A stretch of DNA of 11,784 nt, from the NCBI GenBank assembly GCA_049599895.1, contig JBMYPC010000097.1:1-11784 (forward strand), given 5' to 3'. A program made the translations under genes and the position numbers. The notes beneath the pieces are model-generated. The model had not been told where the DNA came from, ran no database searches, and saw nothing but the letters and a program-made list of their open reading frames with translations. Within the stretch, counting starts at the first letter, position 1. Each line of letters opens with the position of its first letter. Of the stretch, positions 1 to 7,365 are shown piece by piece. This DNA comes from Bacteriovoracaceae bacterium (lineage in GTDB: Bacteria; Bdellovibrionota; Bacteriovoracia; Bacteriovoracales; Bacteriovoracaceae).

Positions 1-2407
1 AGTTTTCCCATTCTTTCCAAGGAAGCCCGTCTTCATCATTTTCTTTGAGCCATTTATGAATTTCTTTCGTTTTCTTAGTTGTAATGGAATGACCTTCTCC
101 AGTTCCTTTAGGAGACTCTTTAAAGTAAAAATAGTTTTTAAGGTCACCTATTTGGTTCTGATTTTTTAGATTTTGAATCAGTCCTGTGAAAGTGAGCCCT
201 CCGACGATTGATTCTCGATTGGGAAAAAACTCATCAAGAATATCTGAGCCTAGTCCAACAACGTCAAAGAGTTCTGCTCCTTGATAACTTCTAAGAACAG
301 AGATCCCCATCTTTGCCATGACCCGAAGGAGTCCTTTTTCCATCGCTCTGATTGCTCTTTTTTCTTTTTCATCGGGAAACATACCATCGGTCTTTTTAAG
401 ATTCTCAAGTCTTGCCATTTCAAGATAGAGATAAGGACAAACAGCTGTTGCACCAAAGCCTATTAAAACGCTGAGCTGATGAGGGGTAAAGATTTCACCT
501 GAATCGAGAACAACACTTGTCCTTAGCCTGAGTCCTGACTGATTGAGCTTTTGGTGAACCGCCTTCATCGCAATGAGACCAGGAATAATCCATTTTGAAG
601 GACTCGCCCCACGGTCACTCAGGATTAAGATTTGGCAGCCTCTTCTTACTTTCTCTAGAGCAATGTCAAAGAGCTGATCAATTTGTTTTAAAAGCTCTTC
701 TTTTGTTTCACAGGGATTAATAAGAGTTGAAATCACCGCAGGACGATAGTCTTGGTACATTTCATCTGTTTTTATTTTTTCCATTTGTCCTAAACTTAGG
801 ACAGGCCCTGAAAGCTCAATCGTTTCTTTTAAAGGAATGAGCTCTTTTGGTTCAAAGATATTTGGTTTTCGACCAATAAATACAGTGAGATCAGTCACAC
901 GCTTTTCTCTTAAGTAATCAAGTGGTGGATTCGTGACCTGAGCAAAGCGCTGATAAAAATAATCATAGAAATTTCGATTTAGATCAGAAAGAAAAGCTGG
1001 CTTTGCTGTATCTCCCATAGAGCCAACAGGTTCACTGCCTTGTTCGATCATTGGAAAAACTAATTTTGTAAGAAGTTCTTTATGAACACCATAAAGAGGC
1101 CAGTTCTCTCTTGGAGTCGCTTCGAAACCAAAGCTTCTTGGGACGTTTTTATTTAACTTCTCGATGGATACGTAATCAAGAGGATTACATCTTGGATCAA
1201 ACTCTGCCCCGGTGTTAAATTGAGAAAGACTTGGGTCTTCAAAGTACATCTTGCCGTTAAAAAGATTGATTTTAAGTGACTCTCCAGCTTTAAGTGCGCC
1301 TGATTCTAAAACCTCATCTGGAGGGAGAAATGTTCCAGACTCAGAGCCTAGATAGAAGTACTTCTTCGTTCGCATCCATCGACATGGCCGAAAGCCATTT
1401 CGATCAAGTCTTGCTCCGATCATTTTACCTGAGCAATAGGCCACTAAAGCTGGCCCATCCCAAGGCTCAACCGCTCTTGCCCAAAACTTATAAAAATCAT
1501 TATTTTTGACCGCAGGAGGAATGAGAATAGACAGAATTTCAGCTTCACTAGGTATTGAAGATCGATAACGTAGGGCCTCAACCATTTCATTGAGGTTAGA
1601 AGTATCACTCACTCCTTCATGGGTGATAAGCTCATCTTTTCTTAACCCTAAGGCCTTCTCTCGAGTAATTGCCCAAGATCGATTTCCTTGAAAAGCATTG
1701 ATCTCACCATTATGAGCAATAAGACTAAAGGGTTGAACCTTATCCCAGCTCGAGAGAGAGTTCGTTGTAAATCTTCGATGAAATAAAACATAGCTTGTTT
1801 TAAACTGAGGATTTTGCAGGTCTTTATAAAATTGTCTGACCTGCTTTGACTGCCCTAAAACTTTATAGACAACAGTTCGTGAGGAAAGTGAGACAAACTC
1901 AAGAGACTCAGAGAGCCCTTCTTGATTAAGAACACATTTCACCATCTGTTTGGCAGTATAAAGCAGTCTTTCAAATGAGGAATGAGTTCGACAGTGAATG
2001 GGACGTTTAATAAATAGTTGTCTTACCTTCGGTGCACAGTCTTGTGCTTCAGGCGCCAGCGCAGAACGATCAGTCTCCACTTCTCGAACTTCATCAATGA
2101 AAAGCCCATAGCTATTAAAAACTTCTGTAACTTTTTTTAAACCTTGTTCCCATAGCTTTTCATCAGGATGACAAAAGATTTGACCAAGAGCAAATGTCTC
2201 GGGATCTCTCGCAAAAAGTTCATAAGGGATTGAAGTGAGAATTCCAGCACCATCGCCACTTAAAGGATGATTCCCTGTTCCTCCTCGATGCTCAAGTTTT
2301 TCAAGACATTCAAGCCCTGAAGATAAAAGATCAAAACACCTCTCTCCTTCTAAATCGACAAGAAAACCAACGCCACAATGTGATGATTCAGAATGAGTTT
2401 TAAGCAC
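1..2407 (-). CDS. gltB: Glutamate synthase (GOGAT) large subunit, 5' part (802 codons; continues past the left edge)
   Basis: Manual translation: GTG at 2407 with SD AAGGGAG (2419-2413), and no in-frame stop down to position 2. Motifs in the expected order: MLKTHSESSH|CGVGF (N-terminal nucleophile Cys), LEHRGG, GDGAGIL, SLSSRTVVYK, HNGEIN, EPWDGPA, DRNGFRP, GSMGD, FAQVTNPPLD, LILSDRG, MAKMGIS..RSYQGA, GEGH. Not in the ORF track because the stop lies outside the window. Confidence 0.97.
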   Translation of the reverse strand, partial: MLKTHSESSHCGVGFLVDLEGERCFDLLSSGLECLEKLEHRGGTGNHPLSGDGAGILTSIPYELFARDPETFALGQIFCHPDEKLWEQGLKKVTEVFNSYGLFIDEVREVETDRSALAPEAQDCAPKVRQLFIKRPIHCRTHSSFERLLYTAKQMVKCVLNQEGLSESLEFVSLSSRTVVYKVLGQSKQVRQFYKDLQNPQFKTSYVLFHRRFTTNSLSSWDKVQPFSLIAHNGEINAFQGNRSWAITREKALGLRKDELITHEGVSDTSNLNEMVEALRYRSSIPSEAEILSILIPPAVKNNDFYKFWARAVEPWDGPALVAYCSGKMIGARLDRNGFRPCRWMRTKKYFYLGSESGTFLPPDEVLESGALKAGESLKINLFNGKMYFEDPSLSQFNTGAEFDPRCNPLDYVSIEKLNKNVPRSFGFEATPRENWPLYGVHKELLTKLVFPMIEQGSEPVGSMGDTAKPAFLSDLNRNFYDYFYQRFAQVTNPPLDYLREKRVTDLTVFIGRKPNIFEPKELIPLKETIELSGPVLSLGQMEKIKTDEMYQDYRPAVISTLINPCETKEELLKQIDQLFDIALEKVRRGCQILILSDRGASPSKWIIPGLIAMKAVHQKLNQSGLRLRTSVVLDSGEIFTPHQLSVLIGFGATAVCPYLYLEMARLENLKKTDGMFPDEKEKRAIRAMEKGLLRVMAKMGISVLRSYQGAELFDVVGLGSDILDEFFPNRESIVGGLTFTGLIQNLKNQNQIGDLKNYFYFKESPKGTGEGHSITTKKTKEIHKWLKENDEDGLPWKEWEN

Positions 2408-2419
2408 CGACGCTCCCTT

Positions 2420-2460
2420 AAAATGAAAATGCCGAAAGAGACTTATGAATCTCTTTCGGC
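2420..2460 (-). terminator. Intrinsic-terminator-like hairpin between amt and gltB
   Basis: Perfect 11-bp inverted repeat GCCGAAAGAGA (2431-2441) / TCTCTTTCGGC (2450-2460) with an 8-nt loop. On the minus strand it is followed by ATTTTCATTTT (2430-2420). It begins 45 nt after the amt stop. Confidence 0.65.
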
Positions 2461-2505
2461 TTAAGAATTATCATGATTCTTAAATTCTCTTTAATTAATA
2501 GGACT

Positions 2506-3876
2506 CTAATCAGAACCAGTCAATTCAGGAGTTTCACTGATGCTCTGCCTATAGTGAAAGCTCTCATGTGGATGCTCTGCAAGATCCAACCCAAGCTCTT
2601 CATGCTCAGTTGAGGCCCTTAGTCCCACTGTTTTCTCTAGCACTAAACAAACAATATAAGTCGAAAGGAAAGCCAGAATACTAATAAGTAAGCTAATTCC
2701 AAATTGCGTGAAAAAAGTTGTCGCCGTTCCACCATAGAGAAGTCCAAGAGCAGGAAGTCCTTCTCCACCAGAGAATGGAGCTGCGGCAAAGAGTCCAAGG
2801 GCTGCTGTCCCCCAAACACCACAAAGACCGTGCACTGGAAAAGCTCCAACAACATCATCAATCTTTCGACTTTCAAGCCAAGCTGTTCCAAAAACCATTA
2901 AAGCCCCTGCAACAGTTCCAATAATCAATGATCCAAACCATGTCACAAATGCACAGCCTGCGGTAATTCCCACAAGGCCAGCTAGGGCACCATTCAAGGT
3001 CGTAGGCAGATCGAACTTCTTTTCACGTCCAAAACCAATAAGCATGGCCGTGAAAGCGCCTGCAGCGGCGGCGAGGTTGGTGGTGAGGAGGATATGGCCG
3101 ACGAGATGAGGATCTGAAACGATACCCATCGTACTGCCTGCATTAAATCCGAACCACCCTAACCATAGAATGAGTGTCCCTAAACCGGCATAAGTGATAT
3201 TGTAGGAAGTTAAAGTTTTTGATGAATCAAATCGTCCACGTCTAGGCCCAACAACCATCGTTGCGGCGAGAGCAGCAAAGCCTCCTACTGCGTGAACAAC
3301 AGTAGAACCAGCAAAATCAAAAAAGCCTAGATCTGCAGCCCATCCAGCACCCCAAACCCATTTTCCAAGAATTGGGTAAATAAAAGCGGTAACAACAAGG
3401 CTTAACCAAAGATAAGTTGTAAAGCGAACTCGTCCTCCGATCGCTCCAGAGATGATCGTTGCAGCGGTCCCGGCAAAGACAAGTTGAAAAAGAAATTTTA
3501 CGGTAAGAGGAATATTCGCCCAATCTAGTGAGCTAAAACTTTCAAGGCCTCCAGAAAGAAACCAACCTTCAGTTCCGATTAAAGAGCTCCCGTTACCAAA
3601 CATAAAAGCAAAACCAATGGCAAAGAAGGCCAAGGTTGCAATCACAAAGTCCATAATGTTTTTCATAAAAACATTGGTAATATTTTTTTCTGAATGAATA
3701 CCTGTTTCAAGCAGAGCAAAACCAGCTTGCATAAAAAACACAAGAACAGCGGCGAGAACCACCCATAAAGTATCAATTGCTAAAGCCGTCTTAGCGGCTT
3801 CAGTTTCAGCAAAACTTGGACTTGCTAATAAAGCTAATACCAAAGGCGATAGCTTTGAAAGTCTTAGGTGTGTCAT
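2506..3876 (-). CDS. amt: Ammonium transporter, Amt/Mep/Rh family (456 aa, N-terminal signal peptide)
   Basis: Motifs FMQAGFALLE, FQLVFA, DFAGSTVVH (first pore His), GWFGFNAGS, NGALAGLVGITAG, DDVVGAFPVHG (second His) and C-terminal GLR..EELGLD..EH. Multiple hydrophobic helices. SD AAGGAG at 3888-3883. Confidence 0.98.
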   Translation of the reverse strand: MTHLRLSKLSPLVLALLASPSFAETEAAKTALAIDTLWVVLAAVLVFFMQAGFALLETGIHSEKNITNVFMKNIMDFVIATLAFFAIGFAFMFGNGSSLIGTEGWFLSGGLESFSSLDWANIPLTVKFLFQLVFAGTAATIISGAIGGRVRFTTYLWLSLVVTAFIYPILGKWVWGAGWAADLGFFDFAGSTVVHAVGGFAALAATMVVGPRRGRFDSSKTLTSYNITYAGLGTLILWLGWFGFNAGSTMGIVSDPHLVGHILLTTNLAAAAGAFTAMLIGFGREKKFDLPTTLNGALAGLVGITAGCAFVTWFGSLIIGTVAGALMVFGTAWLESRKIDDVVGAFPVHGLCGVWGTAALGLFAAAPFSGGEGLPALGLLYGGTATTFFTQFGISLLISILAFLSTYIVCLVLEKTVGLRASTEHEELGLDLAEHPHESFHYRQSISETPELTGSD

Positions 3877-3966
3877 CGAACTCTCCTTGTAATTTATCTT
3901 GCTTGTTCAGGTTTATCTGACAAACACGTTTGGTTTTATCCGTGTGTGTATGCTCGTTTCTTATAG

Positions 3967-3981
3967 GCAATTAATGTGCCA
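3967..3981 (-). promoter_or_regulatory. Sigma-54 (RpoN) -24/-12 promoter of amt(-gltB)
   Basis: Minus strand reads TGGCAC-ATTAA-TTGC, an exact match to TGGCAC-N5-TTGC, about 90 nt upstream of the amt ATG. Predicted TSS is about 3955. Confidence 0.9.
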
Positions 3982-3997
3982 TTGAAACGAAACTAAC

Positions 3998-4010
3998 TTT
4001 CAAGTATTTA
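3998..4010 (+). promoter_or_regulatory. IHF-like binding site
   Basis: TTTCAAGTATTTA has one mismatch to WATCAANNNNTTR. It lies at about -43 to -55 of the sigma-54 promoter, between the promoter and the candidate enhancer. Confidence 0.5.
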
Positions 4011-4023
4011 GCTGATATAAAAC

Positions 4024-4067
4024 AAACATATTTGTTGGTTATTTAAATGAGTCGACAAAAATGTTGG
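4024..4067. promoter_or_regulatory. Tandem candidate upstream activating sequences (ACA-W4-TGT boxes)
   Basis: aACAtattTGTtgg (4025-4038) and cgACAaaaaTGTtgg (4053-4067), 29 bp apart, at about -70 to -112 of the sigma-54 TSS. Confidence 0.55.
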
Positions 4068-4190
4068 AGAACTTCTGTAGAGCACAAGAAGCATTTTCCG
4101 ACTAAAACCCTTTCCCATAAAAAGCTATCATTTACAACCCAGCGCGTCGATAAGATTGATGTCACTTCACTCTTTAACATGAGGCGATTT

Positions 4191-5309
4191 ATGAAAAAAC
4201 AAAAGTTCACGACATTAATCTTATTGCTTTTAAGTTTCATCATTTCTGGTTGTAACGAAGAAGAAGTCGTCGTCCAAGAAATTGTGACAGAAGTTCCAAC
4301 TAATCCTGATGAACCAGGAGAGGTCACAGACCCTATCAGAACTGATTATAGTGGGCTGATCAGTGACCATCAATTTTTAGGCGTGCAAGATGTTACGGAC
4401 ATCACCCAAAGAGAAGCCAAAATCCGTTGGGATAAAGCTAATGACATGGCGGTTTATTCAGTGTTTCTCAAAACTCCTGAACAAACAAAGTTTATAGGCC
4501 AAACAAAAAGAGACAATCTTTCAATTCGAAACCTTAAGGCCAACACCAACTACCAAGTTTTTGTTAAGGCCCTCGATCATCTTGGGAAGATAGATAAAAA
4601 TCAAAAAAAGATTTCTTTTCTCACTCCTGAATGGCCTGAATTTAACAACAATGTTTCTTTAAACTTTGCAGGCAACAATTGGATCCAACTTGGAAAAAGT
4701 AATGAGATGATTAAAAGCAAATCATTCTCTGTTTCTCTATGGTTTAAAACGGCTAAAAATCAAAGCAATAAAAGAATCATCACATTTCATCGAGGTCAAT
4801 CCAGTGGAACAGGCTTTAACCTCATGTTTGAAAATGACACCTTGACCCTTGGTTATCGAGATGAACAAGATGCCTTTCACAAGCTTTCACATAACGTTGT
4901 TTATAGCGATGATCGTTGGCACCACGTGGTTGGTACTTATAATAAAAAGAAATTTGTTCTTTATTTTGACGGCGTTAAAGCCTCTGAAGCCCGAGACACC
5001 TTCAGAGGCTTTGGCGATCAAACTGCTTATATCGGAACCTATGATTCAAACCAGCTTCATATAGATGCAAGTCTTGATGAAATTTCAATCTGGAAAAAGG
5101 CTTTAAATAGAAGAGATGTCGAGGCCATCTACAACAATGGATCAAGCTTTGATCTTGCTCAGCATTCTCGCTATCGATCCATCACCCACTGGTGGAGATT
5201 TGGTGATCTTGCTGGTGATGACGAAACAACTTTAACTGACGTTTATTCAGATACCACTTACCCATTAAGCGGATTTTCCGCTGGAGATTTTAGTAATGAT
5301 GCTCCTTAA
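4191..5309 (+). CDS. Lipoprotein with fibronectin type III and LamG/concanavalin A-like (Laminin_G_3) domains (372 aa)
   Basis: Start moved from 4047 to ATG 4191 (SD GAGG 4181-4184). This gives MKKQKFTTLILLLLSFIISG-C21, a basic-hydrophobic-lipobox signal. FN3 pattern: AKIRW..YSV..IRNLKANTNYQVFVKA. LamG pattern: SFSVSLWFK, DRWHHVVGTY, LYFDG, LDEISIWKKAL..VEAIYNNG. Confidence 0.85.
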   Translation: MKKQKFTTLILLLLSFIISGCNEEEVVVQEIVTEVPTNPDEPGEVTDPIRTDYSGLISDHQFLGVQDVTDITQREAKIRWDKANDMAVYSVFLKTPEQTKFIGQTKRDNLSIRNLKANTNYQVFVKALDHLGKIDKNQKKISFLTPEWPEFNNNVSLNFAGNNWIQLGKSNEMIKSKSFSVSLWFKTAKNQSNKRIITFHRGQSSGTGFNLMFENDTLTLGYRDEQDAFHKLSHNVVYSDDRWHHVVGTYNKKKFVLYFDGVKASEARDTFRGFGDQTAYIGTYDSNQLHIDASLDEISIWKKALNRRDVEAIYNNGSSFDLAQHSRYRSITHWWRFGDLAGDDETTLTDVYSDTTYPLSGFSAGDFSNDAP

Positions 5310-5565
5310 AGAGACTCTATTTTTTCACGATTGCTATTTTTCTTAGCTCATGTTCAACGATAAGAGATACGAATCAAGAAGATAATCAAGCTTTGTTGCC
5401 AATTCTTTATTTGAGTGATTTGTTTGTGGTATGCATGTTCTTTCAGAAAAAATACTCTCATGAACAGAGATTTTTGAGTACTAATTTTCTCACTTTAATT
5501 ATGATCAAGAAACTCTTCAAGGTTTTATTGATGAAATGAAAAGTATCAAAGCAATTGTTGAGTAG
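5296..5565 (+). pseudogene. Possible frameshifted small lipoprotein (about 80-90 aa)
   Basis: ATG-ATG at 5296 with GGAG at 5283-5286. The +1 frame is open 5300-5539 and encodes KRLYFFTIAIFLSS-C (lipobox-like). The original frame resumes as SHFNYDQETLQGFIDEMKSIKAIVE* and ends at 5565, 2 nt from the convergent gene's stop. Needs one or two single-base indels. Confidence 0.3.
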
Positions 5566-5567
5566 CT

Positions 5568-7106
5568 CTATTTAAAAAGCTTTAAAGAAATCCCATACTT
5601 CTTCACACGAAAAGAAAACTTTCTTTCCGTCATGCCAAAGTGCCTTGCCGCTTTGGCCATGTTGCCTTTGAAACTTTTAAGCCCATCAATGATAAGATCT
5701 TTTTCGATTTGATTGATATGAGATTCAAGATGAAAGTCAGCTTTAACATCTTCATCGGTTTCAGGCATTCGAAGAGAGGGTGGAAGGTCTGATCCTTGAA
5801 GAACTCCATCGTCACTAAGAATCACAGCTCTTTCAATCACATTGGCAAGTTCTCGAACATTTCCTGGCCAGTGATAATTCATAAGAGCATCAATAGCCGA
5901 TGTTGAAAGCCTATTAATTTCTTTATCCATTTCTTTTGCATAAATTTTTACGAAATGATCTGTAAGAGGAAGAATATCTTCTTTTCTTTCTCTTAAAGCA
6001 GGAATGCGCATTGGAAAAACATTGAGTCTATAAAAAAGATCAAGGCGAAATTTTTTATCTTCAACTAATTTCTCTAAATCATGGTTTGTTGCTGCAACAA
6101 TACGAACATCTACTTGCTTTGGTTTATGGCCACCGACGGGTAAGACCACTTTATCTTGAAGGAACCTTAAGAGTTTCGCCTGGGCTTCAAGAGAAAGCTC
6201 TGCAATTTCATCGAGAAAAAGAGTTCCTCCACCTGCGAGCTCAACCCTTCCCTTTCGGTCTTCTGTTGCTCCTGTAAAGGCACCTTTTGTATGCCCGAAA
6301 AGCTCTGATTCAATAAGATCATGGGGAAAGGCCGCACAGTTTAAACTCACAAGAGGCTTATCCTTTCGATTACCATAGGCATGAATGGCCTGGGCCACTC
6401 GCTCTTTTCCAACCCCACTTTCACCTAAAATAAGAACTGTCGCTGAAGAGTTTAAAACTTTGTAAGCCATGTTTAAAACTGCGGCCATGGACTTTGAGTT
6501 ACCAATAACTTCTTTAGGTTTGAAACATTCTTTTGAATTAAAAGCAGGATGGTCTACAGCATCTCTTGATTTTTTATAAAGATGCATTGGATGAGAGAGT
6601 AAAACAGAGAGATTCTTAAAGAAAAGATCTAAATCTTGCCCAATCTTTTCTGAATTAAGCAAAGAATAGGCCACATAACCAAGAGTCTTTACGCTTCTTC
6701 TAATCGCCCAAAACTTTGTATCGGCAATCTCAAAACTAAGCTTTTCTTTTTTGATCTGCTTTTCAATTAAAGAGATGTACTCCTGCGTCAGCTTGGGACC
6801 CTTTTCAACTCTCTCAGTGATCCCAATTGATTCAACATTATTAAAAAGCCCAATATAGGAAAGATCAATTTCGGCTTTGGCCCTTGAAAGTGCTGGCCCA
6901 AAAGCATCGTCAAGATCTTTAAAGTGATAACCATGTTCAATCGCAAGCTCATCGATCAATTTACTTGAAAGCCCTAAAAGGCTATTAGAGGGACTTATTT
7001 CAAGCTTAATATTTTCAATAAGTTGAGATTGATTTTGGTCTTGATTAGCTACATTTTTGTCGGAAATCATGGAGAGGAAAATACGCTTCTCATAGACCAC
7101 TGTCAA
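5568..7106 (-). CDS. Sigma-54-dependent enhancer-binding protein, NifA-like architecture (degenerate GAF-like N-terminus, AAA+, Fis-type HTH)
   Basis: Walker A GESGVGKE, ESELFGHTKGAFTGA (intact GAFTGA), Walker B LFLDEI, FRLDLFYRLNV, WPGNVRELAN, and HTH GNMAKAARHFGMTERKFSFRVKKY. No receiver-domain pattern at the N-terminus. The TTG start has AAGGGA 8 nt upstream. The alternative ATG at 7070 lacks an SD. Confidence 0.95.
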   Translation of the reverse strand: MTVVYEKRIFLSMISDKNVANQDQNQSQLIENIKLEISPSNSLLGLSSKLIDELAIEHGYHFKDLDDAFGPALSRAKAEIDLSYIGLFNNVESIGITERVEKGPKLTQEYISLIEKQIKKEKLSFEIADTKFWAIRRSVKTLGYVAYSLLNSEKIGQDLDLFFKNLSVLLSHPMHLYKKSRDAVDHPAFNSKECFKPKEVIGNSKSMAAVLNMAYKVLNSSATVLILGESGVGKERVAQAIHAYGNRKDKPLVSLNCAAFPHDLIESELFGHTKGAFTGATEDRKGRVELAGGGTLFLDEIAELSLEAQAKLLRFLQDKVVLPVGGHKPKQVDVRIVAATNHDLEKLVEDKKFRLDLFYRLNVFPMRIPALRERKEDILPLTDHFVKIYAKEMDKEINRLSTSAIDALMNYHWPGNVRELANVIERAVILSDDGVLQGSDLPPSLRMPETDEDVKADFHLESHINQIEKDLIIDGLKSFKGNMAKAARHFGMTERKFSFRVKKYGISLKLFK

Positions 7107-7328
7107 TAGCTTAGTCCCTTAAACCAAGAGCCTAAAGAAATTCTAACAATTAACAAAATACTCCATGGAGCATTTTTGTACTGAAAACGTTTGAGTTTTC
7201 AGGCGTCGCAGACGGCCAGGAAGCGTTAGCGCCCGGTGTTTCGAAGTTCTCCTTACTTGAAATTTAAACCATTACGACTACATAAGGCAAATACAAAGAC
7301 TTAGCTCTATTCTCACTTTTTTTCTGAC

Positions 7329-7358
7329 TTGTTTATCAATTCCCACTCAAGCTAAGCT
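7329..7358 (+). promoter_or_regulatory. Candidate sigma-70 promoter of the beta-barrel gene (possibly leaderless)
   Basis: TTGTTT (7329-7334) - 18 nt - TAAGCT (7353-7358). The ATG is 7 nt after the -10 element and no SD is present. Confidence 0.35.
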
Positions 7359-7365
7359 TAAATTT

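Noticed and set aside
250..1509. Track ORFs 250-456, 281-466 and 1294-1509
   Set aside because: They are alternative-frame or antisense shadows of the continuous gltB frame.
2643..3523. Short ORFs overlapping amt
   Set aside because: They lie wholly within a well-conserved gene and have no motifs of their own.
4043..4327. 48-aa N-terminal extension of the LamG protein (start 4047) and antisense ORF 4043-4327
   Set aside because: The extension would bury the lipoprotein signal, lacks an SD and overlaps the candidate enhancer. ATG 4191 fits better. The antisense ORF is a shadow.
5568..7106. Calling the activator nifA or ntrC
   Set aside because: It has no receiver domain or adjacent kinase, so it is not NtrC. 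There are no nif genes in the window and the candidate target box is not TGT-N10-ACA.
7198..7250. SRP (4.5S) RNA, tRNA fragment or glutamine riboswitch
   Set aside because: TCAGG...GGAAGC resembles SRP domain IV only loosely: the CCGGAAGG tetraloop stem and AGCAG are missing. There is no cloverleaf, and the glnA/downstream-peptide consensus is not matched by eye.
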